From: Candidatus Cloacimonadales bacterium
Lineage (GTDB): Bacteria > Cloacimonadota > Cloacimonadia > Cloacimonadales > JAFGVF01
Assembly (NCBI GenBank): GCA_963663475.2
Contig: CAXXJV010000001.1
Span: 2,720,001-2,784,000, forward strand
DNA: 64,000 nucleotides
Reading direction: 5' to 3'
Part shown: in pieces, positions 51,060 to 61,164 of the stretch
Numbering within the stretch: position 1 is the stretch's first letter
Layout: the number at the start of each line of letters is the position of its first letter
Notes under the pieces: model-generated
What the model was told of the DNA's origin: nothing
Databases searched by the model: none
What the model saw: the letters and a program-made list of their open reading frames with translations, nothing else
Translations under genes and position numbers: made by a program

Positions 51060-52790
51060 TTATAAATGAACTTTAAGTGACTTTAACAAGTCTGCTAATA
51101 GTTCTGGTTTAGTATTAACATCAGATTGTCTGATGAAGTCAATTCTCTGTCTGAATCTATCAGCAACAATAGCTTTATATTCTTCAATATTTTCTCTCTT
51201 TGTAGGATCATAACGATCATAATATCCAGGAAGTATTTTTTCAATGGATTCTCTAGTAGGTATTTGAGCACCATTAAGAAGTGGCCAATCTTCCCATTCT
51301 ATCTTATCCATGAGGATACCTGATTGGAGAGTTAATGAAGTTGCAAGAGGTATCTTTTCTAAATCATCGTCTGAAGATTTCCAGTAACCTATTGAATTAA
51401 AGCAGTAAACATCTGCCCCACCTTCAATAACATTGATGAAGGCTTTTACATCTTTCCATAGTTCATAGACACGGAAAGGGTTAGCAAATGGTTCGAAGAC
51501 TAGTTTGTTAAGTTCTTCTTCAGTAACGTTTTCAGCTCTATTTCTTTTAGTCATAAGAGCAGTACCCATTGATACAGCTAGATGCTTATTAGTAAATCTG
51601 ATTACAGGAGGGAGAATTGTATCTTTCATCAACCAAGCAAGTGCTTTAGGGAAGCTACATTTATTAACCCAATCTCCTAATAAATCTCTATCAAATAAGG
51701 CTCTACCATTAGAGTTTCTTAAATCTAAACCAACTGGTGTTTTTACTCCATCAATATCAATAATTGCATGGTTCATAAGTGATAGGCAGTATTTCCAATC
51801 TTTATGATCTGGTTTTCTACTATCAGTTTTATCAAACAAGCTTGGTTCCCAGACTCTACATAATTGTTCTTCAACATCAATTTGGAAAGCATCGTCATGA
51901 AGAACAACTTTTTTGAAACCTTCAGGAAGTGTTTCACAGTTATTTTCACTGTTAGTATGGGAAGATTTTCCTGTACCTGATAGACCATAGAAAGCTATTG
52001 ATCTTTTACCAAGTTCATGATATTTTTCTTCATCACAAGTAGTGAAGTCAATCTCTTTAATACCACCATGACAGGCAGCCATTCCTAACCTCATTCCAGA
52101 AGTCCATGCTAAGGTTAAAGTACCTTTTTTTCTTTCTCCAAAGTATTTCATTCCAAAGTTGAAAATAACATTTTCTTTTTCATCAACAAGGGCTAATTGA
52201 GGAGCACCAACATTATGGTAGTAAGGGTCATTACTTTGCCAATCGTTATAAGCAATAATAATAATATCTTGAATTGGCAGTTCTTTGCTTTTTTTATATT
52301 GATCTTCAAGGCATTCATATGGAATAAAATTAGTTAACCAATTAAACATATTAGCAGCATCTGATTCAGTAGTTACATAAGTAGCTTTAATCATTAAATC
52401 AGAATCTAAACCGATAATAGCTTCACCTTTGATTAGTTCTTGTTTTTGCATATCAAAGATAGCTTCTCTTAGGTCACCTTCAACCTTGTTTTTTTTGGAG
52501 ATATCTAATCTATGATAGAATTTCCTTGCTTTAGCAGTTCTACCGATGATTTTTCCATGACAGTCATCAATAATTTTAGCACCTTCAGGTAAGCCTACTT
52601 TCTTAGCATATTCTGGATATATTAAAAAATCAGTTTCTGATACACCAGCTTGCTTTTTAGCCATTTCATAAGCTTGAGCAACTGTAACTTTTCTTACACG
52701 TGAATTATTAACAACTGTTTCTGCAAGAGCTCTTATTTTAGACATATCTTGCAGATTATTATAATACTTAGCACTAGGTTTACTAGCCAT
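51060..52790 (-). CDS. Phosphoenolpyruvate carboxykinase (ATP-type fold, divergent)
   Basis: YFGERKKG, CHGG, GLSGTGKSS, HDD, NPF. Confidence 0.82.
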   Translation of the reverse strand: MASKPSAKYYNNLQDMSKIRALAETVVNNSRVRKVTVAQAYEMAKKQAGVSETDFLIYPEYAKKVGLPEGAKIIDDCHGKIIGRTAKARKFYHRLDISKKNKVEGDLREAIFDMQKQELIKGEAIIGLDSDLMIKATYVTTESDAANMFNWLTNFIPYECLEDQYKKSKELPIQDIIIIAYNDWQSNDPYYHNVGAPQLALVDEKENVIFNFGMKYFGERKKGTLTLAWTSGMRLGMAACHGGIKEIDFTTCDEEKYHELGKRSIAFYGLSGTGKSSHTNSENNCETLPEGFKKVVLHDDAFQIDVEEQLCRVWEPSLFDKTDSRKPDHKDWKYCLSLMNHAIIDIDGVKTPVGLDLRNSNGRALFDRDLLGDWVNKCSFPKALAWLMKDTILPPVIRFTNKHLAVSMGTALMTKRNRAENVTEEELNKLVFEPFANPFRVYELWKDVKAFINVIEGGADVYCFNSIGYWKSSDDDLEKIPLATSLTLQSGILMDKIEWEDWPLLNGAQIPTRESIEKILPGYYDRYDPTKRENIEEYKAIVADRFRQRIDFIRQSDVNTKPELLADLLKSLKVHL

Positions 52791-53007
52791 GGTTCCTCCC
52801 GAACTCTATTTATTTTATTTTATTTTTTTTTGTTTGAAATAATCACACGGGGCATTAAATAGATTCACAAATGACTTGTCAAGCATACAAAAAATAAAAG
52901 CTGATAAATATGGTCTAAACTATTATTTAACAGCATATTAACCATTTCTTAACAAAAAGCTGTTTTTTTCAAAAACTCAATAATGGCTAATTTTTGACCA
53001 AAAAATA

Positions 53008-53037
53008 AGAGGCCATAACTTATAAAGTTTGGCCTCT
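53008..53037 (-). terminator. Terminator after rpmA
   Basis: agaggcca...tggcctct stem with a T-rich tail on the minus strand. Confidence 0.65.
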
Positions 53038-53059
53038 AAATTTTAATTTAATACTATAT

Positions 53060-53314
53060 TTAGGCAGGAACTATATTAATATATTTTCTACCGTTCTTTT
53101 TAGTAACAAATTGAACTTTTCCTTCTGATACAGCAAAGATAGTATGATCTTTACCAATACCTGTTCCAATACCAGGATGGAATTTAGTTCCTCTTTGTCT
53201 GACAATGATATTGCCAGAAATCACGTATTCATTTCCGTATTTTTTGACACCGAGATATTGAGGATTACTATCTCTTCCATTCCTACTCGAGCCAACACCT
53301 TTCTTATGAGCCAT
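53060..53314 (-). CDS. rpmA: 50S ribosomal protein L27
   Basis: [16 protein letters not shown]...RQRGT. Confidence 0.98.
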   Translation of the reverse strand: MAHKKGVGSSRNGRDSNPQYLGVKKYGNEYVISGNIIVRQRGTKFHPGIGTGIGKDHTIFAVSEGKVQFVTKKNGRKYINIVPA

Positions 53315-53323
53315 TAGTTCCTC

Positions 53324-53638
53324 CTATCTTTTTATCTCTGTAATTTTGATTTCAGTGAAATTCTGTCTGTGGCCATTTTTCTTCTTATAACCTTGTCTTC
53401 TTTTCTTTTTGAAAACAATGATTTTCTTATCTTTTTTATGGCCAATAACTTCTGCTGTTACAAGAGCTCCAGCAACATTTGGAGTACCAAATGTTATATC
53501 CTTCTCATCCCTAAGGACAAGTACGTCGTTTATGCTAACTTTATCGCCAGCATTTTGATCAGCAAGGTAAGGTACTTTTACTATAGCATCTTTTTCAACC
53601 TTAAACTGATATCCTTTAAAATGAACTATTGCGTACAT
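53324..53638 (-). CDS. rplU: 50S ribosomal protein L21
   Basis: MYAIV...QFKV...FKKKRRQGY...GHRQ. Confidence 0.97.
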   Translation of the reverse strand: MYAIVHFKGYQFKVEKDAIVKVPYLADQNAGDKVSINDVLVLRDEKDITFGTPNVAGALVTAEVIGHKKDKKIIVFKKKRRQGYKKKNGHRQNFTEIKITEIKR

Positions 53639-53702
53639 TTTTTCTCCTTTATTTATATATAAAATAAGTTCTTAAACTATAAATTTAAGACTTGATAATT
53701 TG

Positions 53703-55208
53703 TCAAGTACTATATTGATCTGTTATATCTTCGTGGTCTTTTCCTTGATAAACTCTAAAGTCGTGCCTATGAAGTTTCTCATTACTTACAAATTCAACTT
53801 TAAACTTGTAGTTGGAATAAATATAATCAGGATGATCTAATATAAAAGCTCTAATAGCAGGATTTACTTCTACTCTTAGCTGGTCTTCTTTAATGAAATA
53901 TTCAGCTCTATTTAGCCATCTACTAATGTTAACTAAGACAGCATCGCAGGAAAGAATTCTTCCTGTACCGAAGCAATAAGGGCATGATTCTGAATAGGAA
54001 GAGATTATTGATGGGCGAATTCTTTTCCGGGTAATTTGAACTAGTCCTAAGGGGCCAAAAGGATAGGCTTTGTTTCTTGCTCTATCTTTCTTAAGCTCTC
54101 GTTTTAAAACATCCAAAACTTCTTCTCTAGATTTATCTTCTCCCATATCAATAAAGTCAATAATAATTATACCAGATAAATCTCGAAGTCTTATCTGTCT
54201 TGCGACTTCCTTAGCTGCTTCCTTATTAGTCTTAGTGATTGTATCTTCATACTTTGATTTACCAGTAAAAGAGCCAGTATTGACATCAATAGCGACTAAA
54301 GCTTCAGTTTGATCTATCTGAATATTTCCTCCGCTAGGAAGGTATGATTTAGAATTAAAGATAGATTTTATCTTCTTTTCAATACCAAAGGCATCAAAAA
54401 CAGGAGTATCTTCATTATACCATTCAATCCTATCAAGCAAGTCAGGTGCAATATCGGAAATCTCACTTTTTATTTCTTTGAGAAAGTCTATATCATCGAT
54501 AACAACCCGGCTAACATCATCTCTAAAGAGGTCTCTTATTAGAGTGTTTTGGATTTTATTCTCATCAAAGATACAGATTGGTGGTTTAGCATATTTAATT
54601 TGCTTTTCAATGACTCTCCAACTCTTGGTTAAAGCACGATATTCAGCTGTTAATTCTTCATCTGTACAGCCTTCAGCTTCTGTTCTTACTATTAGACCAT
54701 GGTCTTTTTCTTTAAGATTATAAAGGAAGCTTTTAAGTCTTTTTTTCTCTTTAAAAGACTGTATTTTGCGGGAAACAGATATCTTAGTCTTGTTAGGAAA
54801 GAAGACTAAAAACTTACCAGGAATAGAGATTTGGCCAGTTAATCTAGCACCTTTTTTATTGATAGGTCCCTTCTGTACTTGGACAATTATTTCCTGTCCA
54901 GGATGGAGATATTTACCTATTTTAGATGAATCATTTGATTTACTAGTTACCTTCCCATCACCTTCAACTTCATCAAGGTAATCAACCATAATGTCTGTAT
55001 AGTGCAGGAAGGCGGTTCTTTCTAGACCTAAATCTATGAAGGCTGCTCCCATACCAGGTAAGACATCTTTCACAAGTCCCTTATAAATATTTCCAACAAT
55101 GTTAGAATTGTTTGGTTTTTCAACGATAAACTCAAGAAGTTTACCATTTTCTAAAACTGCAATCCTTTTTTCTAAGGGCGTAACATTTACTACTATTTCT
55201 AAATTCAT
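53703..55208 (-). CDS. rng: Ribonuclease G/E family
   Basis: GNIYKG, AAFIDLG, IDVNTG, RQIRLRDLSGIIIIDFIDM, CPYC.GTG. Confidence 0.92.
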   Translation of the reverse strand: MNLEIVVNVTPLEKRIAVLENGKLLEFIVEKPNNSNIVGNIYKGLVKDVLPGMGAAFIDLGLERTAFLHYTDIMVDYLDEVEGDGKVTSKSNDSSKIGKYLHPGQEIIVQVQKGPINKKGARLTGQISIPGKFLVFFPNKTKISVSRKIQSFKEKKRLKSFLYNLKEKDHGLIVRTEAEGCTDEELTAEYRALTKSWRVIEKQIKYAKPPICIFDENKIQNTLIRDLFRDDVSRVVIDDIDFLKEIKSEISDIAPDLLDRIEWYNEDTPVFDAFGIEKKIKSIFNSKSYLPSGGNIQIDQTEALVAIDVNTGSFTGKSKYEDTITKTNKEAAKEVARQIRLRDLSGIIIIDFIDMGEDKSREEVLDVLKRELKKDRARNKAYPFGPLGLVQITRKRIRPSIISSYSESCPYCFGTGRILSCDAVLVNISRWLNRAEYFIKEDQLRVEVNPAIRAFILDHPDYIYSNYKFKVEFVSNEKLHRHDFRVYQGKDHEDITDQYST

Positions 55209-55237
55209 TGTAATCCTTTTACAGAATTACATCTCGA

Positions 55238-56971
55238 CTAATTTCCGAAACTCACAGGAAGAAGTGTTTGAGTAGGATGTTGTTTAAAACTTTCAAATAA
55301 AGCCTTTTGTTGATAAAGAGTTTCAGAAGTATTTTTTAGTAATAAATTTTTTACTTGAGTAACACCTAATCTTTCAGAAAGCATATACTTAAAAAGATCC
55401 TGTCTTTTGGGAAAGTTTTCTTTAACATACTCTTGAACATTTGCTAATTTTGATGCTTCAATAATTGCATCTTGTAAAGAACCAATTTCATCAATCAAAC
55501 CATTCTCTTTAGCTGATAGAGCGTCCCAGATTTGTCCCTGAGCTACTTTTTCGACATCAGCTAGACTAGCAAATTTGTCTGAGCGTCCTTCTTTTACAAT
55601 CTTTTTAAAAGAATTATAAACAGCGTCTGCTGAACCTTTTAAAGCGACAAGTTGTTGATCTGAAACACCATTCAAAGTATTAAGCCAAGTGCTTTTCTTG
55701 CCATATTCCAACTTATCATGGGTAATTCCGATCTTATCTTGAAGATTCTTAGCATCTGGGACCATTTGAACTACTCCAATGGAACCTGTTATAGAGTAGG
55801 GGTCTGCAAAAATTTTGTTACTGGCCATGCTTATCATATAGCCACCTGAGGCTGCTACATCACCCATAGAGACAACTACAGGCATTTTCTTGTTAAGTCG
55901 TTTTAAAGTTTGTAAAATTTCTTCAGATTCTAAAGCAGAGCCACCAGGACTATTTACTCTAATAACACAGGCTTTGATTGTTTTGTCTTTCATCATATCA
56001 TCCACTTCATCTTCTATCCATTTAGAAGTGAGTACTGAAAAATTGCCTTCTAATGGCATAATTGAGCCATTGAGATATAAAACTGCTATTTTATCATATA
56101 ATTTTTTATCAATTTTTGATCTATAACCTAATAAGTACTTATTATAGTCGATTAATTTACCAGATTTCTTTTCTTCTTCTCTAAGGTAATCAGTTTCAAA
56201 AGCTTTTTCTTGAATCAGACCTGTCATTATGGTTTCATCAGGCTCAAGGAACATATATTTTTCATTGTTTATAATACTTTCAATAACGATTGAAGACACA
56301 TTTAACTGTTGAGAAATTTGATCAATGAAAAGTTCATATCTGGCTTTCAAAACTCTATTAAGGTTTTCTTTTGTTTCATCAGACATTGCTTCTTTTGAAT
56401 ATTGAGTACCGTAATCTTTGTATTTGCCTGCACTTATAATGTGCATTTTGACTCCTACATTATCAAATAGATTCTTGTAAAAGGCCATATCAACTCCAAA
56501 GCCTTTTAGGAAAACACCTGCAGAAGATGAAGCTGAAATTGTTGTTTTGTCGGCTATTGAAGCTAATAACATATCAGTATTAGAGGCCATTGTTAGGAAG
56601 GCAAGTACTGGTTTGCCAGAAGTTTTAAAATCTTCTAGGGCTGAAATGATTTCATTCAGTGATGCATAACCCATAACAGCTAATTCTGGTCTGATAAGAA
56701 TTCCATTGATTCTTGGGTCATTTTTCGCCTTCTTAATTGCATCTACAATATCAAAGACAGTTGGCTGATTATCGAAGAAGGTAGAATTGGAGAAACGTGA
56801 ATATTCGGCAATAGGTCCTTGCATTTTTATAGAGAGTAATGAGTTTTCTTTGATATTAACAATATCTTTTGATGAAACTTTAGTCAATCCATAAATTAAC
56901 AGACCGAAAAATCCTATAAAAATCAAAATGGATGTTAAGCATCCAAAACCGAAATATGCACCTTTTTTCAT
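55238..56971 (-). CDS. sppA: Signal peptide peptidase SppA (long form)
   Basis: RVNSPGGS, SMGDVAASGGY, TGSIGV. Confidence 0.92.
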   Translation of the reverse strand: MKKGAYFGFGCLTSILIFIGFFGLLIYGLTKVSSKDIVNIKENSLLSIKMQGPIAEYSRFSNSTFFDNQPTVFDIVDAIKKAKNDPRINGILIRPELAVMGYASLNEIISALEDFKTSGKPVLAFLTMASNTDMLLASIADKTTISASSSAGVFLKGFGVDMAFYKNLFDNVGVKMHIISAGKYKDYGTQYSKEAMSDETKENLNRVLKARYELFIDQISQQLNVSSIVIESIINNEKYMFLEPDETIMTGLIQEKAFETDYLREEEKKSGKLIDYNKYLLGYRSKIDKKLYDKIAVLYLNGSIMPLEGNFSVLTSKWIEDEVDDMMKDKTIKACVIRVNSPGGSALESEEILQTLKRLNKKMPVVVSMGDVAASGGYMISMASNKIFADPYSITGSIGVVQMVPDAKNLQDKIGITHDKLEYGKKSTWLNTLNGVSDQQLVALKGSADAVYNSFKKIVKEGRSDKFASLADVEKVAQGQIWDALSAKENGLIDEIGSLQDAIIEASKLANVQEYVKENFPKRQDLFKYMLSERLGVTQVKNLLLKNTSETLYQQKALFESFKQHPTQTLLPVSFGN

Positions 56972-57117
56972 CTATTTTCTCCTAAATACTTAATGTATTA
57001 TAAAATATTTTTTAATAATTCTATTATTATATTTTACATTAGTATGTCAAGAAAAATAATTATTTGAGTTAAGGATAATGAGATTTACTAAGAGGTCCGA
57101 ACATCTAGTCTAATAAT

Positions 57118-57280
57118 CCCGAATGGTGCAGTAGAACTTTGATGAAGAGTGCTAGATTCTTTTAGCAAAATAAATTACAGAATTTGAAGGCATACAATAT
57201 ATATATTCATGAAAATTATATAGCTTACTTTTTGCAAAAGAAGATTCTGCTATTCGCAAAGGTCTACTGCATTATTTGGG
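57118..57280 (+). mobile_element. Foldback MITE copy 5
   Basis: Very similar to copy 1; ataat duplication at 57113-57117 and 57281-57285. Confidence 0.87.
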
Positions 57281-57303
57281 ATAATATACCCCTTAAGGAT
57301 CCC

Positions 57304-57370
57304 TAATCCTTCCTTTACAGTCTTTCGATGAAAGTCCAGGTTTCATCGAAAGACTGTAAAGGAAGGATTA
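57304..57370. repeat. Perfect 30-bp-stem hairpin (family copy 2)
   Basis: taatccttcctttacagtctttcgatgaaa-gtccagg-tttcatcgaaagactgtaaaggaaggatta. Confidence 0.9.
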
Positions 57371-57565
57371 AGGATGGTATAGTGATTGAAGAATATATTT
57401 ATAGGTAAAATTGACTTATTATCTAGTCCATTTTGAGGACAATAATTTAGGAAAGATTTAGCTCAGAAAGTGTAGTAGCACTATAGTGAATTTAGCTGAT
57501 TTTGAGTTTACGGAAGCTAGTAATTGATAAAGGAATGCATGCACTTTCTAAGAACATGCTAGCAA

Positions 57566-57589
57566 AAAACCCCTCACATGAGGGGTTTT
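57566..57589 (-). terminator. Intrinsic terminator of the TPR gene
   Basis: aaaacccctca-ca-tgaggggtttt with a T-tract on the minus strand. Confidence 0.7.
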
Positions 57590-57616
57590 GCATAATATTA
57601 AATTATTTTATTTCAA

Positions 57617-59281
57617 TTAGAAGCTTGTTTCTAATCTTTCATTTAATTCTCTAAGACGAGCTAAACGAGATTCTACGATATTAAGAACTTTAGGAACTGT
57701 AGTAACTTTAGTAGCTTGTTTTAAGTTTTCTTCAGCTTCTCTATAGTATTGACTAGCTTGTTCTTTAGCTTGATCTCTTTGGTCAGCTAAAGTTTGAGCT
57801 TTAGAGCCAGTAGCTTTAGGAATTTCACTGTTAAGTTTAGCAGCAGCTTGGAACTTATCAATTCCTAGAGTTTGTTTAATTTGTGCTGATAAAAGATATG
57901 GAGCGTAGTTGTTAGGAGTAAAGACCATAGCTTTTTCAACATTTTGGATTGCTTTAGTATAGTTTTCATCTTCAAGATAAAGGTTAGCTAAACGAGTATA
58001 AACAACACCGTTAGTATCATCAATTTTTACAACATCGTTATAAGCTTTAGTAGCTTTTTGTTTGTAATTTTTGGCAGTTTTAGTTTGGCCTGCTTTTTCA
58101 GCATCTTTGGCAGCTGAAAGATACATATTAGCTAGGTTAAGACGGGCAGTGATATTCTTGCTATCTTTTTTAACGATTTCTTCGTAGTTTTTAATAGCTT
58201 GATCAATTTGACCAGTTTGTTGGTAAGCTGAAACTAAGTTTGATACAATAATATCATCTTCAGGGAAGAGTTGCACAGCTTGTTCTAAGTAAGGGATAGC
58301 TTCTTGATAGTTTTGCATATCGTAAAGAACGTTAGCATAACGGTAGATAGCATCTTGGTCTTCAGGGTCAATTTCAATAGCTCTAGCTACTGCATCTCTC
58401 ATATTATTAAGGTCATTAGCTCTAGCATATAAGTCAGCTAGTAATAACCAATCGTCTTTAGTATTTCTAATTTCAACAATTTTTCTGGTAGGTACAGCAG
58501 CTTCTCTATACTTACCTTGTTGAAGGTAAACTTGAGTTTGGGCATCAAGATAAGAAATATTTTGGGTAGTATCTTGCTCTACTAAGTAGTCAAAGTAGCC
58601 AAGAGCATCATCATATTTTTCTTCTTTAAGATTGATTAATCCAAGATAGTAGTATGGTTCTTCAAGTGAAGGGTCAATTTGAGAAATATTTTCAAATGAT
58701 TCTCTAGCAACATCATAACGTCTTGTATTGTAAGCTTGCTTAGCGATATCAATAAGTTTTAACATTTCAGTAGTTACGAAATCATCAATTTTACCCATGA
58801 ATTTTTCATCTAGAGTAGTTAGGCGTTGTTCTTTATCTTTAAGGACATTAGCTCTACCAGCAGCAACATCACCAGTTCTAGTTGAATAGAGGGTATAAAC
58901 TACTTTGTATTGGGGATTTCTAACTTCTTCAACAGTCATTGTAATAACTAAATCAGCAGCTAACTCACGACCAATGTCAAGAATTTCTTCTTTATCTAAT
59001 TCATCAACAGCGATATCACCATAATCGAAAAAGACAGCATCAATTTTTTCTTGGTCTACTAGAATAAAGTTTTCAGTATAATCAAAAAGCAACTGAATAT
59101 CTCTTCTTTCTAAGAATTTTTTAATATATCCACTTCTGTTATCTAATTTTTCTATTGGTAGTACAGCAACTTTCAAAGCTCCATCAACCTTTTCAGGCTT
59201 TTCACGATCTTCGAATGAACTTACATTCATACTACAAGCAAATAGAAATGCACTCAATATTACTACTATGAGTTTTCTCAT
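57617..59281 (-). CDS. TPR-repeat lipoprotein with N-terminal CsgG/TolB-N-like domain
   Basis: LFAC lipobox; VAVLP...IGRELAADLVI; multiple TPR helices. Confidence 0.75.
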   Translation of the reverse strand: MRKLIVVILSAFLFACSMNVSSFEDREKPEKVDGALKVAVLPIEKLDNRSGYIKKFLERRDIQLLFDYTENFILVDQEKIDAVFFDYGDIAVDELDKEEILDIGRELAADLVITMTVEEVRNPQYKVVYTLYSTRTGDVAAGRANVLKDKEQRLTTLDEKFMGKIDDFVTTEMLKLIDIAKQAYNTRRYDVARESFENISQIDPSLEEPYYYLGLINLKEEKYDDALGYFDYLVEQDTTQNISYLDAQTQVYLQQGKYREAAVPTRKIVEIRNTKDDWLLLADLYARANDLNNMRDAVARAIEIDPEDQDAIYRYANVLYDMQNYQEAIPYLEQAVQLFPEDDIIVSNLVSAYQQTGQIDQAIKNYEEIVKKDSKNITARLNLANMYLSAAKDAEKAGQTKTAKNYKQKATKAYNDVVKIDDTNGVVYTRLANLYLEDENYTKAIQNVEKAMVFTPNNYAPYLLSAQIKQTLGIDKFQAAAKLNSEIPKATGSKAQTLADQRDQAKEQASQYYREAEENLKQATKVTTVPKVLNIVESRLARLRELNERLETSF

Positions 59282-59360
59282 ATATCCTCCACGATAATAT
59301 TCTTTTATTAAAAAAAATTATAATTCTATTATAAGTCAATACTTTTCTTTATTTTTTTTA

Positions 59361-60110
59361 TTATTTATCAATTTCAACAATGGTTCCGTGATAGAAAGGT
59401 TGAATTAAATTTTCATCTAACTCTAAGATTAAAGCCCCTTTCTTGTTAGTTTTAAGTACTCTTCCACGAAAGAGTTGAAACTCTGTATCAAGCGAGATAA
59501 ATTTATCTTTAAGGTAATCACTTCTGTTATAATAATCTTGATATTCGACAAATCCATGTTCAATAAAATAAGGAAGTTGCTGGTAAAGTTTGTCTAGAAA
59601 AACTTTTAGAAGATAGTAATTACTCACCTCAATATTTAGATAATCTCTGAGAGAAACAGCAATATTGGAAAGTTCTAGAGGCATTTCAGGAATATTTGAA
59701 TCTATCCCGATACCACAAACTAGGTATTTAGCCCAAGAGTAGTAAGAAGTCAAAATACCGCAGAGCTTTCTATCTTCAAGCATTATATCATTAGGCCATT
59801 TAATCTTAAGTTTATCTTTTAAAGATGGGTAAATTTCTGTTATTGTTTGATGAATAAGCACAGCCATGAAGAGGGTTATAGAACTATCTTGTCCGAGATT
59901 ATAAAGTCCTAGACTGAACCAAAGTCCTCCCTGAGGGGAATACCAGATATTCTTTCTTCTTCCACTTCCAGAAGATTGTTCATCAGCAATTACCAGGAAG
60001 TTTCCTTTTGCTAGGTTATCTTTAATCATCGATAGAGCAAAAGTAGAGGTAGAATTTAATTTATTCTTATGAATAATTTCATCGAAAAGAGGATGTTCAT
60101 CTAAAATCAC
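59361..60110 (-). CDS. birA: Biotin--protein ligase (no N-terminal HTH)
   Basis: STS, EQSSGSGRR, IKWPND, KLCGIL. Confidence 0.9.
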   Translation of the reverse strand: MILDEHPLFDEIIHKNKLNSTSTFALSMIKDNLAKGNFLVIADEQSSGSGRRKNIWYSPQGGLWFSLGLYNLGQDSSITLFMAVLIHQTITEIYPSLKDKLKIKWPNDIMLEDRKLCGILTSYYSWAKYLVCGIGIDSNIPEMPLELSNIAVSLRDYLNIEVSNYYLLKVFLDKLYQQLPYFIEHGFVEYQDYYNRSDYLKDKFISLDTEFQLFRGRVLKTNKKGALILELDENLIQPFYHGTIVEIDK

Positions 60111-60120
60111 AATATTCTCC

Positions 60121-61161
60121 TTAGACTATTAACATAGCATCGCCATAACTAAAGAAACGATACTTAGCTTCAACAGCCATTTTGTAAGCATTCATTACAT
60201 TTTCATAGCCAGCAAAGGCTGAAATCATCATAATTAGAGTTGATTCAGGCATATGAAAGTTAGTAATCATACCATCAATAATATTAAACTTTTTCCCAGG
60301 GTAGATGAAAATACTTGTCCATTTATCCCCGTAGCCTAATTGCTTGCCTTCTGCGAAACTTTCAAGAGTACGTGTAGAAGTTGTTCCTACAGCAAGCACT
60401 CTTCTTCCTTGAGCTTTAGCATTATTAATTTTTTGGGCAACGTCCTGACTAATGCTACAATACTCTGAATGCATGTTGTGGTCTTCTATATTATCACTTT
60501 TAACAGGTCTGAAAGTACCCAAACCAACATGCAAGAGAACTTCTACTATTTCCACACCCTTCTTCTTTAGAGCTTGGAAAATATCCTCTGTAAAATGTAA
60601 GCCAGCAGTTGGAGCAGCAACAGAGCCCTTGATTTTAGCATAGATTGTTTGATAGGTAGAAGAATCTGATTTTTCAGCATCTCTTTTGATATAAGGAGGT
60701 AGAGGGATGTTGCCTGCCATACTTAAGGCAGACCAAAATTCTCCTTCATAGTCAAACTTGATTAGTCTGGAACCTTCAGAAGCTAAGTCCATAACTGTTG
60801 CCGAGAAGTTATCACTAACAGTTATTTTTGTACCAACAGGACACTTTCGCCCTGGCTTAACTAAGCATCTCCAAGTATCATTTACAACATGATTTAATAG
60901 AAATATTTCTATCTTAGCACCAGTATCTTTAGTGCCAATCAATCTAGCAGGAATCACTTTAGTAGAATTGACTACTAAAATATCTCCTTTTTGGAAATGA
61001 TCAACAATATCTGTAAAAGACTCATGTTGAACCTGACCTGTCTCTTTGTTTAAGACAAGTAATCTAGAAGCAGATCTTTCTGCAAGAGGATACTGAGCAA
61101 TCAATTCTTCTGGTAATTCATAATGATATGAACTTTTTTGTAGTAAATCTTTATCTTTCAT
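60121..61161 (-). CDS. queA: SAM:tRNA ribosyltransferase-isomerase
   Basis: LIAQYP, PLPPYI, AAPTAGLHF, LHVGLGTF, TNFH, YRFFSYGDAM. Confidence 0.97.
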   Translation of the reverse strand: MKDKDLLQKSSYHYELPEELIAQYPLAERSASRLLVLNKETGQVQHESFTDIVDHFQKGDILVVNSTKVIPARLIGTKDTGAKIEIFLLNHVVNDTWRCLVKPGRKCPVGTKITVSDNFSATVMDLASEGSRLIKFDYEGEFWSALSMAGNIPLPPYIKRDAEKSDSSTYQTIYAKIKGSVAAPTAGLHFTEDIFQALKKKGVEIVEVLLHVGLGTFRPVKSDNIEDHNMHSEYCSISQDVAQKINNAKAQGRRVLAVGTTSTRTLESFAEGKQLGYGDKWTSIFIYPGKKFNIIDGMITNFHMPESTLIMMISAFAGYENVMNAYKMAVEAKYRFFSYGDAMLIV

Positions 61162-61164
61162 AAG

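Noticed and set aside
52840-52882. CRP or Rex operator upstream of PEPCK
   Set aside because: Only a TTGTGAA half-site is present; the second half does not match either consensus.
53060-53638. Missing prp protease gene between rplU and rpmA
   Set aside because: L27 starts directly at MAHKK with no N-terminal extension, so absence of Prp is the expected state.
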